Positions 29,425-38,339 of a stretch of 64,000 nt of DNA are shown in pieces; the first letter of the stretch is position 1; the number at the start of each line of letters is the position of its first letter. Position numbers and translations under genes: made by a program. Origin of the DNA: an uncultured Clostridia bacterium (GTDB lineage Bacteria; Bacillota; Clostridia; TANB77; CAG-508); contig CALXFI010000001.1 of NCBI GenBank assembly GCA_944387535.1, positions 2,682 to 66,681 of the forward strand. Reading direction: 5' to 3'. Below the pieces are notes generated by a model. It was not told where the DNA came from. It ran no database searches and saw only the letters and a list, made by a program, of their open reading frames with translations.

Positions 29425-30192
29425 TTAGAGATAGTTATTTAGCTCATCATTATACATCTTCATACAAATATTAAAATAACTTTCATAAATTTCATCTCCA
29501 TAGAGGCAGAACCTACAAATAAATCGTATTGATTCTAAGTCTTCTTCAATATTGAAACTGATTGAATCAAACCTTCTATAGGTCTCATTAACAGCATCAG
29601 AAATATTGTAGCCTTCTTCTTCCACGAAATTCTGAACCAGTGCAACAAAATCTTGTCCATATCCCAAAAAGTCTTCATCTACCCCTTCAGCTTCTTCTAT
29701 ATATTTATCTTCTGCTTGGGAACATTTAAAAGCTACATCTAGACTATCGAGAAAATTATCCAAATCTTCCCTTTCTTTATTATACTCATCTGTTCTCTTG
29801 TTAATTTTTTCAGCTTCTGCTTCAATATATATGCCAAGGAAATTTTCTATGATTTCTTTAATGCTGTAAAAAGCTGAATTTTCCTTAGTTACTGTGCATG
29901 ACATATCTCCTGTCCTTAACTTAAATCCAAGAAATTCAGCGTTTGAATCACATTCATATGTTTCAAACAGCATCTCTATGAAATTAGACTTTTTATCAAA
30001 ACAACCAGATAAAAAGCTAATAAGATTATTTCCGTCTACTATAGAAACTGCGATTTTATCCTCATATCTAGTAACAGCAATTGGCATTTTAATCATTACA
30101 AATCCATCTTCAAATCCGTCTACTAGAACCTCATATCCTTTCTCATCTTTGAAATAAAAAGCTTTTTTCACGTTTTTTATGATGGTTCTCAT
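29425..30192 (-). CDS. Acidic hypothetical protein (255 aa); member of a tandem paralog family
   Basis: Shares the motif ISGC[FL][DN][KE]KSNF and overall architecture with the ORF at 30393-31148. A conserved terminator module follows at about 29340-29375. Confidence 0.5.
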   Translation of the reverse strand: MRTIIKNVKKAFYFKDEKGYEVLVDGFEDGFVMIKMPIAVTRYEDKIAVSIVDGNNLISFLSGCFDKKSNFIEMLFETYECDSNAEFLGFKLRTGDMSCTVTKENSAFYSIKEIIENFLGIYIEAEAEKINKRTDEYNKEREDLDNFLDSLDVAFKCSQAEDKYIEEAEGVDEDFLGYGQDFVALVQNFVEEEGYNISDAVNETYRRFDSISFNIEEDLESIRFICRFCLYGDEIYESYFNICMKMYNDELNNYL

Positions 30193-30392
30193 GATATCCC
30201 TTTCTCTAAGTAAAATGATTTTACAATTACATATTGTTATTATATATTTTATTTACATAAAAGTCAATTAATAACTAATTCTAGGTAAAAAATATAAAAT
30301 CAAAAAAAGAAACCTCTATTTAAATAGAGGAAAAGAAAATTTTTTCTTTTTAGCATAATGGTTATTTAACCATTTGTTATTAGTTAGCCAAG

Positions 30393-31148
30393 TTAGAGTT
30401 CATCTATAATACTTTGCATTTGAAAATCAATTGCTTGTCTATTCCATTTTATAAGTTCATCTCCGTATTTCCAAGTATCAACAAGCAAATAGATTGCTTC
30501 TAGCATAATTTCACCTTTTGCCATCGTCAATGAATCAATGTCTTCAATTGCTTCATCTATTACTGCAGGAAACTTTTTATCCATATTCTCAACAAGATAC
30601 TGAATATATTTAGCTAAGTTGTCTGCACAGTCTACTATAAAGAATCCTATTTCTGTTTCTCTTAACTTATCAGTCTTCTTTCTCCACTTTCTTTCAGCCT
30701 CTTCGCTCACAAATTGAATTTCAGTGCTATAGACAATATCAGTTATATAGTCACAATATTGACAATGGAACGAACTATTGATAACTTCTCTTAAATCTCT
30801 TTCAAAATGTTTTATCATACTTGCGTCAATAGTAGATTGAATTTCATCTTTGTTCTTCTTTTCAGGCGAAATAAAGACATTGATACCTAATATGATAATA
30901 TTAATTCCCTTAAGTTTAGAATTTTCATCATAGCCATATGCTTTCATAAGCTCTTTTTTAAAATTAGATTTTTCATTAAGACAACCTGAAATAACTTTAA
31001 TAAACTCATCTAAATTTTTGTAATCCCATGTGGGTTTAATTGTTGCAACTCCATTTTCAAATTCTTTTACAAGCACAACATGATTATCTTGTGTCCGAAA
31101 CTTGTACATCTTCACAAATTCTTCGTCAGCATGTACAAATGTAAGCAT
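30393..31148 (-). CDS. Acidic hypothetical protein (251 aa); paralog of the ORF at 29425-30192
   Basis: Same family motif. The same AAAGAAACC-hairpin-AAAGAAAATT terminator module follows at about 30303-30350. Confidence 0.5.
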   Translation of the reverse strand: MLTFVHADEEFVKMYKFRTQDNHVVLVKEFENGVATIKPTWDYKNLDEFIKVISGCLNEKSNFKKELMKAYGYDENSKLKGINIIILGINVFISPEKKNKDEIQSTIDASMIKHFERDLREVINSSFHCQYCDYITDIVYSTEIQFVSEEAERKWRKKTDKLRETEIGFFIVDCADNLAKYIQYLVENMDKKFPAVIDEAIEDIDSLTMAKGEIMLEAIYLLVDTWKYGDELIKWNRQAIDFQMQSIIDEL

Positions 31149-31196
31149 AATACTCTCCCTTTCTTTTTACTAACTATAAACTTTAATTCTCATATA

Positions 31197-31394
31197 TTAT
31201 AACACAATTATATAATAATTAAAATAGTTATGTAAAATAAAAAGAAACCTCCTTTTTAAAGGAGGTAAAGAAAATTGTTTCATAGCTTCATCTAATTTTT
31301 CATACATTGCTGAAATTTTTAGATATGAACTAGTTACAGCAGTTTCGAAAGAACATCCATCTTTCATTGCACTTTGTACATACCTAGCTAGCAA
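31197..31394 (-). pseudogene. C-terminal remnant of a third paralog of the same family; the stop codon is lost and the ORF reads through the terminator hairpin
   Basis: ..KISAMYEKLDEAMK resembles the C-terminus ..NICMKMYNDELNNYL of the 255-aa paralog. The same terminator module lies inside the ORF at 31245-31290. No N-terminal part lies upstream. Confidence 0.35.
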
Positions 31395-31671
31395 ATCTCC
31401 AAAACTAACAATTTCTTTTTGTTCTTCGCTTTTAGCACTTTTAAACCATTTATCCCATGATTTTTCCCTTCTCTTATGGCTAAGCCTATGTATAATACTT
31501 CTTTACTATACCAGAAATTTACATAACTTTCAACCAAAAGTAGATTCTACTTCTAGTATAATTTTTTTAACCAATTCTCTTTGGTTTTTTAACATTGATT
31601 AACTATATTTTTTTATTAATAAATTTTAAAAAATAAGAAAAGACACAAAAATGTTAATTTCGTGTCCTAAT

Positions 31672-32029
31672 TGGTGGAGATGAGGAGAGTCGAACTCCTG
31701 TCCACAACACCTTCCACATAGATATCTACAAGTTTAGTTTGTTTATTTTATTCATTTTAATAACACCAACAAACAGGTTTTATTAAAATATAGCTTTTTA
31801 AAATACCCACTACTCCAAAAGCAAAAGTAGCTTCGTTTCCCACTAATATAACACTTTATCTAAAAAGGTGGGACTTTTTAGTAAAGCGGAGCTGCTCTTA
31901 GGCAGCTGCTAATGCTAATTCTTCGTTATCAGCGTTTATATTTATTTTCGCTTTTTTTAAGTGGCCAAAGCGACCATCCACTACTTGCAATCTATACTTC
32001 TAGTATTATGTCGAAACCATTGCATCCCC
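31672..32029 (-). ncRNA. ssrA: tmRNA (transfer-messenger RNA)
   Basis: 5' GGGGAUG and 3' ..GGAGUUCGACUCUCC(U)CAUCUCCACCA form a tRNA-like acceptor and T arm. The internal tag reading frame ends ..ADNEELALAAA then stop. A terminator hairpin (gacac..gtgtc) lies at 31643-31669. Confidence 0.85.
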
Positions 32030-32156
32030 ATGTCTTATCTATTATACTATATTTTTAAGATTTTATCAACAACAACAGAAATTATTTTTTATAATCAGAT
32101 GACCTATAATTGTAATAATTTAATATTTTTGTAATATTTTTTATTGGTGATGTTTT

Positions 32157-32744
32157 TTGAAAATTTATCTTTTTAAAAAAAGAAATATTTTTATATTTCT
32201 AATATTTTTGTTATTATTTATATCTTCTATTTTTTACTTTTCAAACAATATAATTTTAGCAACAACTATTGATACTAAAGAAGTTTCAAGCGAATTTATA
32301 AATAATATTAATAATATATTTAATTCTAATGAAAAGATTGCTTACTTAACTTTTGATGATGGTCCAAGCCCTTCTGTTACTCCAAAAATTTTAGATATTC
32401 TAAAAGAAGAAAATATTAAAGCCACCTTTTTTGTAATAGGAAAAAAAGTTGAAGAATATCCTGAAATAGTAAATAGAGCTTATAAAGAAGGTCACTATAT
32501 TGCAAATCATGGATATAGTCACAATAATTCTATTTTATACAAAAATGTCAAGTCTTTTATCCAAGAAATTCAAAAAACAGATTTAGCAATTGGAAACGCT
32601 ATTGGTGTTAATGCTTATTCTTCGCATGTATTTAGATTTCCTAATGGATTTATGTCAAATGTATATAAAGATAAAAAGAATGAGTATGTAAAACTTTTAC
32701 CTAATATAGATTACACTTATATTGATTGGAATGCTTTAAGTGAA
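32157..32744 (+). pseudogene. Polysaccharide deacetylase (NodB domain), N-terminal part; the gene is split by an IS200/IS605-type insertion
   Basis: NodB motifs TFDDGP, HGYSH, RFPNG and DW(NA) are present. The ORF runs into the element end and terminates. Confidence 0.7.
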
Positions 32745-34220
32745 CTACCAACCACCTAAAGGTAGTTGGCTTCGAGGATGAAATTCTTTCATCCGTTTAA
32801 GAAGTTTGGTATTTAAGTTTCCACCTTTTTTAGGCAACCCTTATTCTTACAGGCGTGTCCACTTCGCCTCTACTGTATAGCCTCTCAAGAGACACAACGC
32901 TACTTTTTCTTAATATATTTAATGCTCCATTTACATCACTATTTATTAATCTTCCTTTAGAACTTTTATACATTCCTCTATATATTCTTTTTCCACTAAA
33001 CTTATATGCTATTTTATTATCTTCATCATATATTGGCATTTCATCTTTATCCCAGAAACTTGCTTTTGATGTATAGCTTTCTTCTTGTTTTACAAAAAGT
33101 ATATTATTTAACTTAGTTAGATATTCTAGTTTAGAATACAACTTGCCAAATGGTATATTTACAAATGTTTGATTGTTTTTCTTTCCTATTTTACTTTCTC
33201 TTTGAAATTTCTCATTATATCCTACAACAAGTGTTCCTATATCATTTGTAATACAATAATCTATTAATTTTCTTGCTGCTTTACTTATATAATCATTTAT
33301 TCTATTATTTCTTTTTCGTGTTATTATTTTCTGTTTTTTTGTTGTTTTCTTATTACTTATTCCTTGTTTATCTTTTATTTTTTGTAATCTTCCATTTTCT
33401 TTGTTATACCATTGATTTATTGACTTTACTTTCTTTCCATCTATTATGAAACTTTTTCCTTTATTTGTTACTGCTGTTACTAGATTATTTACTCCTAAAT
33501 CTATTGCTAGTACATTTTGGGTATTTAATTTTCTTTGAATTATTTCTACTTCATATATATATTGTATTTCAAAGAACCTAGCTTTTCCTTTTGGTATTAT
33601 TCGTATTTCTTTTATTTTCTTATCTAGTAATATTGGGGGAATTTTTATTTCTATTTGTTTATGATTTTTCTTATAACTATTTGAAAATGGTATTATTAAT
33701 TTATTTCCATTTAGTCTTACAAAACCTATTATTAAACTTGTATATCCGTCTTTTGAAAGATAATGTGGTAACCTACAATCTTTTATATTATATTTTCCTT
33801 CTTTTGATAATTTTAGTAATGAAAAAAATGATTTAAAACTTCCATCTACTTCTTTTATTATTTGCTGTGCCATATTTGAATTAAGTAATTTATAATTTTC
33901 TGACGTTTTAAGTAATTCATAATTTTTTGAATAGTTTAAATATTTTCCTTCAGCAAAATAGTATTGTCTTATATTGTATATTGCTTGATTAGTTAGATTT
34001 TTTGCTATATGACAAAGTTCTTTTATTATTTTATATTCTGCTTTAGACAGATGTTTTACTTGTTGTTTTACAGTTAAATACATATTTTTCACCTCCTCTA
34101 AATTTCTAGAATTTCTTTAGAAGTTTATTATATCAAAATCTAATATTTTTATCAAGCAATTTAATTTTACGAATCTCAAAAATTAGTTGCTTATATCCCA
34201 CCACCTAAAGGTAGTGGGTT
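32745..34220 (-). mobile_element. IS200/IS605-family tnpB-only element inserted in the polysaccharide deacetylase gene
   Basis: Similar subterminal imperfect hairpins occur at both ends: ccaaccacctaaaggtagttgg (32748-32769) and cccaccacctaaaggtagtggg (34197-34218). The host gene is split between NodB motifs 4 and 5. Boundaries are approximate. Confidence 0.6.
32830..34092 (-). CDS. tnpB: TnpB-like protein (IS605 OrfB family), 420 aa, without a C-terminal zinc finger
   Basis: RuvC-like motifs including ..INSDVNGALNI. N-terminal OrfB_IS605 region. Confidence 0.8.
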   Translation of the reverse strand: MKNMYLTVKQQVKHLSKAEYKIIKELCHIAKNLTNQAIYNIRQYYFAEGKYLNYSKNYELLKTSENYKLLNSNMAQQIIKEVDGSFKSFFSLLKLSKEGKYNIKDCRLPHYLSKDGYTSLIIGFVRLNGNKLIIPFSNSYKKNHKQIEIKIPPILLDKKIKEIRIIPKGKARFFEIQYIYEVEIIQRKLNTQNVLAIDLGVNNLVTAVTNKGKSFIIDGKKVKSINQWYNKENGRLQKIKDKQGISNKKTTKKQKIITRKRNNRINDYISKAARKLIDYCITNDIGTLVVGYNEKFQRESKIGKKNNQTFVNIPFGKLYSKLEYLTKLNNILFVKQEESYTSKASFWDKDEMPIYDEDNKIAYKFSGKRIYRGMYKSSKGRLINSDVNGALNILRKSSVVSLERLYSRGEVDTPVRIRVA

Positions 34221-34432
34221 TTACGCTCCCTTCTTATAAAGATTCAGAAAAAAAATACACTAAAAAACAATTATTAGATAATTTAATATTATCTTCAAAA
34301 AATAAAAATACTTTAGTTATTTTAATGCATGATACAAAAGATGTTAATGATAGCTCCCTTGTATTAAAAGATTCAATCAATTATTTAAAGTCTCAAGGTT
34401 ATGAATTTAAAAATTTTTACGATATTGAATAA
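34219..34432 (+). pseudogene. Polysaccharide deacetylase, C-terminal part (NodB motif 5, LMHD)
   Basis: Sequence ..TLVILMHDTKD continues the NodB domain interrupted at 32744. Confidence 0.65.
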
Positions 34433-34511
34433 ATATTTTTTATAAACCCTTATTATTTATTTTACTTTTTCTTATAGTTATGATATACTTATTATTGTAT
34501 TCTTATATTTC

Positions 34512-34585
34512 GCGGGTATAATTTAGTGGTAGAATGCAATGCTTCCGACCTTGTCGCGAGGGTTCGATTCCCTCTACCCGCTCCA
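34512..34585 (+). tRNA. tRNA-Gly (anticodon UCC), 74 nt
   Basis: Acceptor GCGGGUA/UACCCGC. Discriminator U. T arm GAGGG-UUCGAUU-CCCUC. Anticodon loop CUUCCGA. There is one U.C mismatch in the anticodon stem. Confidence 0.65.
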
Positions 34586-34596
34586 CTTTAAAACAA

Positions 34597-34632
34597 CTTA
34601 CGGACTGCAAAATGTTCCGTAAGCTATTATTT
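34597..34632 (+). terminator. Intrinsic terminator cttacgga..(loop)..tccgtaag followed by a T-run
   Basis: An 8-bp stem followed by ctattatttt. Confidence 0.6.
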
Positions 34633-34921
34633 TATATATGAAACTTAAAAATTCTCTTTCTGACTATTCTTAATTACACTATCTAAAAGTAAATAGTAAA
34701 ACACTTTTGAAGAACTCAAAATAAACATAGCTTCCTTAGAAGTGTATTAAATCCTCTACCCCTTGCTATTTTAAATAGAAAGGGGATTTTATTATAAATT
34801 ATTTTTTAATACAAATTCTTTTCCATTTAGATATTCTAAAATTCCACTATTTTGTTTAAAGTTAAATTTTAAAATATAACTTTTTAAGCACTGATATTTT
34901 TTACCAAACTTTTTATTTATT

Positions 34922-35656
34922 TCATTCTTTCCATATTTTCCGGTCTCCTATTATTGGATATCCTAAATATGCTAAATGAGCTCTTATTTGATGCGTTCTT
35001 CCTGTTTCTATTTCTACATCTAAAAGAGAAGTATTATCTTCTCTTTTTTCTAATACTCTATATGTTGTAATAATCTTTCTATATCCTTTTTTAGGAATAT
35101 CACTTATATATACTTTAGATTTTTTATTATCTTTAAATAAATATGCTTCTGCTCTTTTAAAATCATTTTTTGGTATTCCATAAACTAAAGCTAAATAATG
35201 TTTTTCTATTTCATGATTTTTAAATTTATTTAAAAGTATATCTAGAGCTTCTTTATTTTTTGCAAACAAAACTAAACCTTGTGTATTTCTATCTATTCTG
35301 TGACAAGGCATTGGCAAAAAACTACTTTTCTTATATTTTTCATGGATTATACTAGTTAAACTGTTTTCCCCTGTTACTTCTAAATTATAAGGCTTATTTA
35401 CAATTAAGATATTTTCATCTTCGTAAATAATATCTAATGAAACTTTGGAATTTAGCAATGCATCTGATATATATACTAATACTTCATCACCTTCACTTAA
35501 CGTTACATTAGAATTAACACGTTCTCCATTTATCTTTATATCTTTTTTTCTAAGAGTTTTATAAAACAATCCTTCTGACAATCCAGACATATTAGAAAAC
35601 AAAAATTTATTCAATTTTTTTCCATCATATTTTTTACTAACCACTAACTTTTTCAT
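34922..35656 (-). CDS. RluA-family pseudouridine synthase (S4 domain plus catalytic domain)
   Basis: Catalytic motif HRIDRNTQGLVLFAKN. Confidence 0.8.
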   Translation of the reverse strand: MKKLVVSKKYDGKKLNKFLFSNMSGLSEGLFYKTLRKKDIKINGERVNSNVTLSEGDEVLVYISDALLNSKVSLDIIYEDENILIVNKPYNLEVTGENSLTSIIHEKYKKSSFLPMPCHRIDRNTQGLVLFAKNKEALDILLNKFKNHEIEKHYLALVYGIPKNDFKRAEAYLFKDNKKSKVYISDIPKKGYRKIITTYRVLEKREDNTSLLDVEIETGRTHQIRAHLAYLGYPIIGDRKIWKE

Positions 35657-35739
35657 ATAAATATTATAACTTGATAAAATAAAAATTACAAGTCATCACT
35701 TTTTAATTTTTCTTACATATTATATTTTAAGGTGATTTT

Positions 35740-36657
35740 ATGGCTATTGTTCAAACAAATATTAATTATACACATGAAACTATGATGTCTAATCTTTATG
35801 AATTAAATAATACTTACCCTTTTATTCAAATTCAAAATGCAGGATATAGCGTTCTTGGTAAATCTATTCCTGTAATCAAGCTCGGTCGTGGAAGGAAACA
35901 AGTATTTTACTCTGCCTCAATCCATGCACAAGAATGGATTACTTCTGTTCTTCTTATGAAATTTATAGAAGATTACTGTTTAGCTTACATTAATAATGCT
36001 TCTCTTTATGGAGTTAGAATTAGAGAATTATTTAGACAAACTTCTATTTACATTATGCCTATGGTAAATCCAGATGGTGTTGACTTAGTTACTGACTTCT
36101 ACCCTATAAACAGTCCTATTTACCGTTCTTTCCAATCTATTGCACAAAATTTTCCGAGCATTCCTTTCCCTGATGGTTGGAAAGCAAACTTTAATGGAGT
36201 AGACTTAAACTTACAATTTCCGGCAGGTTGGAATAATGCAAAAGAAATAAAATATGCACAAGGCTTTAATAAGCCAAGTCCTCGTGATTTTGTGGGCTAC
36301 GGTCCTTTAACAGAACCTGAAGCTCTTGCTATTTATAACTTTACTCTTTCTTATAATTTTAAGCTTGTTATTGCATTCCATACACAAGGTCAAGAAATTT
36401 ACTGGCAATTTCAAAATTTTAACCCTCCAAGAAGTGAATATATTGGAAATAGATTTGCCGAAGCTAGTGGTTATCTTTTAGCAGAAACTCCATACAATTC
36501 TAGTTTTGCAGGATATAAAGATTGGTTTATTCAAGAATATAATAGGCCTGGCTATACAATTGAAGCAGGTATTGGTGAAAATCCTCTTCCTATTTCTCAA
36601 TTTGATGAAATTTACAATGATAATATTGGCATTTTAATTTTAGGAGCTATTTTATAA
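35740..36657 (+). CDS. M14-family zinc carboxypeptidase (gamma-D-glutamyl-diamino-acid peptidase-like)
   Basis: Zn-binding HxxE (SIHAQEW) and downstream M14 motifs. Confidence 0.7.
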   Translation: MAIVQTNINYTHETMMSNLYELNNTYPFIQIQNAGYSVLGKSIPVIKLGRGRKQVFYSASIHAQEWITSVLLMKFIEDYCLAYINNASLYGVRIRELFRQTSIYIMPMVNPDGVDLVTDFYPINSPIYRSFQSIAQNFPSIPFPDGWKANFNGVDLNLQFPAGWNNAKEIKYAQGFNKPSPRDFVGYGPLTEPEALAIYNFTLSYNFKLVIAFHTQGQEIYWQFQNFNPPRSEYIGNRFAEASGYLLAETPYNSSFAGYKDWFIQEYNRPGYTIEAGIGENPLPISQFDEIYNDNIGILILGAIL

Positions 36658-36666
36658 AATAAATGA

Positions 36667-36694
36667 AGCCAATTTCATATAGTTGGCTTCTTCT
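36667..36694. terminator. Bidirectional terminator gaagccaa..ttggcttc
   Basis: An 8-bp stem between the convergent peptidase gene and purB. Confidence 0.5.
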
Positions 36695-36709
36695 AACTAT
36701 TATATCATT

Positions 36710-38086
36710 TTATTTTTTTGCTAATTTTTCAGCATAACCTATGTAATTTTCAGGTGTTAATTTCAAAAGATTTTCTTTATCTTCATTTGTAATTACATCA
36801 AGTGAATTTATAAAATCTTTAATATCTTCTTTAGATATTCTTTTTCCTCTTGTAAGCTCTTTTAATCTATCATAAGCATCAGGAATACCATATTTACGAA
36901 GTACTGTTTGAATTGGCTCTGCTAATACCTCCCAATTACTTTCTAAAGCTTTAGATATTTCTTCTTCATTTACTTCTACTCTTTTTAATCCACTAATTGC
37001 TTGTTTTATTGCTTGAAGTGAATATCCGATTCCCATACCAATATTTCTTTGACTTGATGAATCAGATAAGTCTCTTTGCATACGAGAAACTGGAAGTTTG
37101 TTAGATAATCCTACTAATATATTATTTGAAATATCTATATTTGCTTCACTATTTTCAAACTTAATGGGATTTACTTTATGTGGCATCGTACTACTTCCTA
37201 CTTCATTTTTTATTACTATTTGTTTAAAATAGTTTTTACTAATATATAACCACATATCACGTACTAAATCAAGCATAACATTATTAAAATGTCTTATTCC
37301 ATCAAATATATGACACATATTATCATGACCTTCTATTTGTGTTGTTAGTGGGTTAAATGTAAGTTGTAATTTTTCTTCTATAAATTTTTTTGATAATTCT
37401 TCCCAATTTTCATTTGGAAATGCTACAGATATTGCTGAATAATTTCCAGTCGCTCCATTAAATTTAGCTGTTTCTTTTATTTCTATAACATCATTTAAAG
37501 AATTTTTAAGTCTATGAACATATATTTTAAATTCTTTTCCAACAGTTGTTGGTGTTGCAGGTTGACCATGAGTATGTGCAAGCATTGGAATACCTGCAAA
37601 TTTTTTTGCAAAATCAGTTAAAATATTTATTAAATTGTTAGCTTCCGGTATCCAAACTTTTGCAAGTCCATTTTTTATCATATTTGCATATGCAGTATTA
37701 TTAATATCTTCAGAAGTACAACCAATATGTACATAACTTACAAGCTCTCCCATTTCTTTTTCTTTAAGCTTTTCTCCTACAAAAATCTCTACTGCTTTTA
37801 CATCGTGATTAGTTACTTTCTCAATTTCTTTTACTCTCATAAAATCTTTTTCTGAAAAACTTTCAGAAATATCTAATATTTCCGTTAGTCTCTTTTTTGG
37901 AAATTTATTTAATATCTCACTTTCTTTTAAATTTTCTAATAGAAATACAAGCCAATTTACTTCAACCCAAACTCTGTTTTTTACTAAAGCATATTCTGAA
38001 AAATATGGTGCTAACGCTTCTCCAATCTCAGAATATCTTCCATCTAATGGACATATTGCTAAATACTTACTAGAAATATTATTCAC
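36710..38086 (-). CDS. purB: Adenylosuccinate lyase
   Basis: Fumarate-lyase signature GSSTMPHKVNP. 458 aa. Confidence 0.9.
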   Translation of the reverse strand: MNNISSKYLAICPLDGRYSEIGEALAPYFSEYALVKNRVWVEVNWLVFLLENLKESEILNKFPKKRLTEILDISESFSEKDFMRVKEIEKVTNHDVKAVEIFVGEKLKEKEMGELVSYVHIGCTSEDINNTAYANMIKNGLAKVWIPEANNLINILTDFAKKFAGIPMLAHTHGQPATPTTVGKEFKIYVHRLKNSLNDVIEIKETAKFNGATGNYSAISVAFPNENWEELSKKFIEEKLQLTFNPLTTQIEGHDNMCHIFDGIRHFNNVMLDLVRDMWLYISKNYFKQIVIKNEVGSSTMPHKVNPIKFENSEANIDISNNILVGLSNKLPVSRMQRDLSDSSSQRNIGMGIGYSLQAIKQAISGLKRVEVNEEEISKALESNWEVLAEPIQTVLRKYGIPDAYDRLKELTRGKRISKEDIKDFINSLDVITNEDKENLLKLTPENYIGYAEKLAKK

Positions 38087-38201
38087 TTCATTTTCCTCCT
38101 ATTTTATTTTTAATTTTTTTATTTTTACATCTTCTTTGTTTTTACATCTTAAATACTAGCATATAACAATTTTCTTTTCAAGTTACATTTAATTTTTATA
38201 A

Positions 38202-38327
38202 TGCTGTTTTTCAGGACGGGGTCAAAAAACAGCATTATAATACAAAAATATAAAAAATACACCTCTTTTATTTGAGATGTATTCTTTTTCTTTTGCTGTT
38301 TTTTGACCCCGTCCTGAAAAACAGCAT
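38202..38327. repeat. Nested palindromic element, family 2. Two mutually reverse-complementary hairpin units (atgctgtttttcaggacggggtcaaaaaacagcat) flank a central hairpin.
   Basis: Unit 1 spans 38202-38235 and unit 2 spans 38295-38327. Each unit is self-complementary with a GC-rich loop (caggacggggtc). A central hairpin aaaaaatacacctc..gagatgtattcttttt lies between them. The element sits between the glgP 3' end and the purB 5' end. Confidence 0.5.
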
Positions 38328-38339
38328 TTTTAAGTACTT

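Noticed and set aside
29330-31670. Prophage or integrative element at the ssrA 3' end
   Set aside because: No integrase, excisionase, phage structural genes or recognisable att direct repeat were found. Only the paralog array remains, which is reported above as a possible remnant island.
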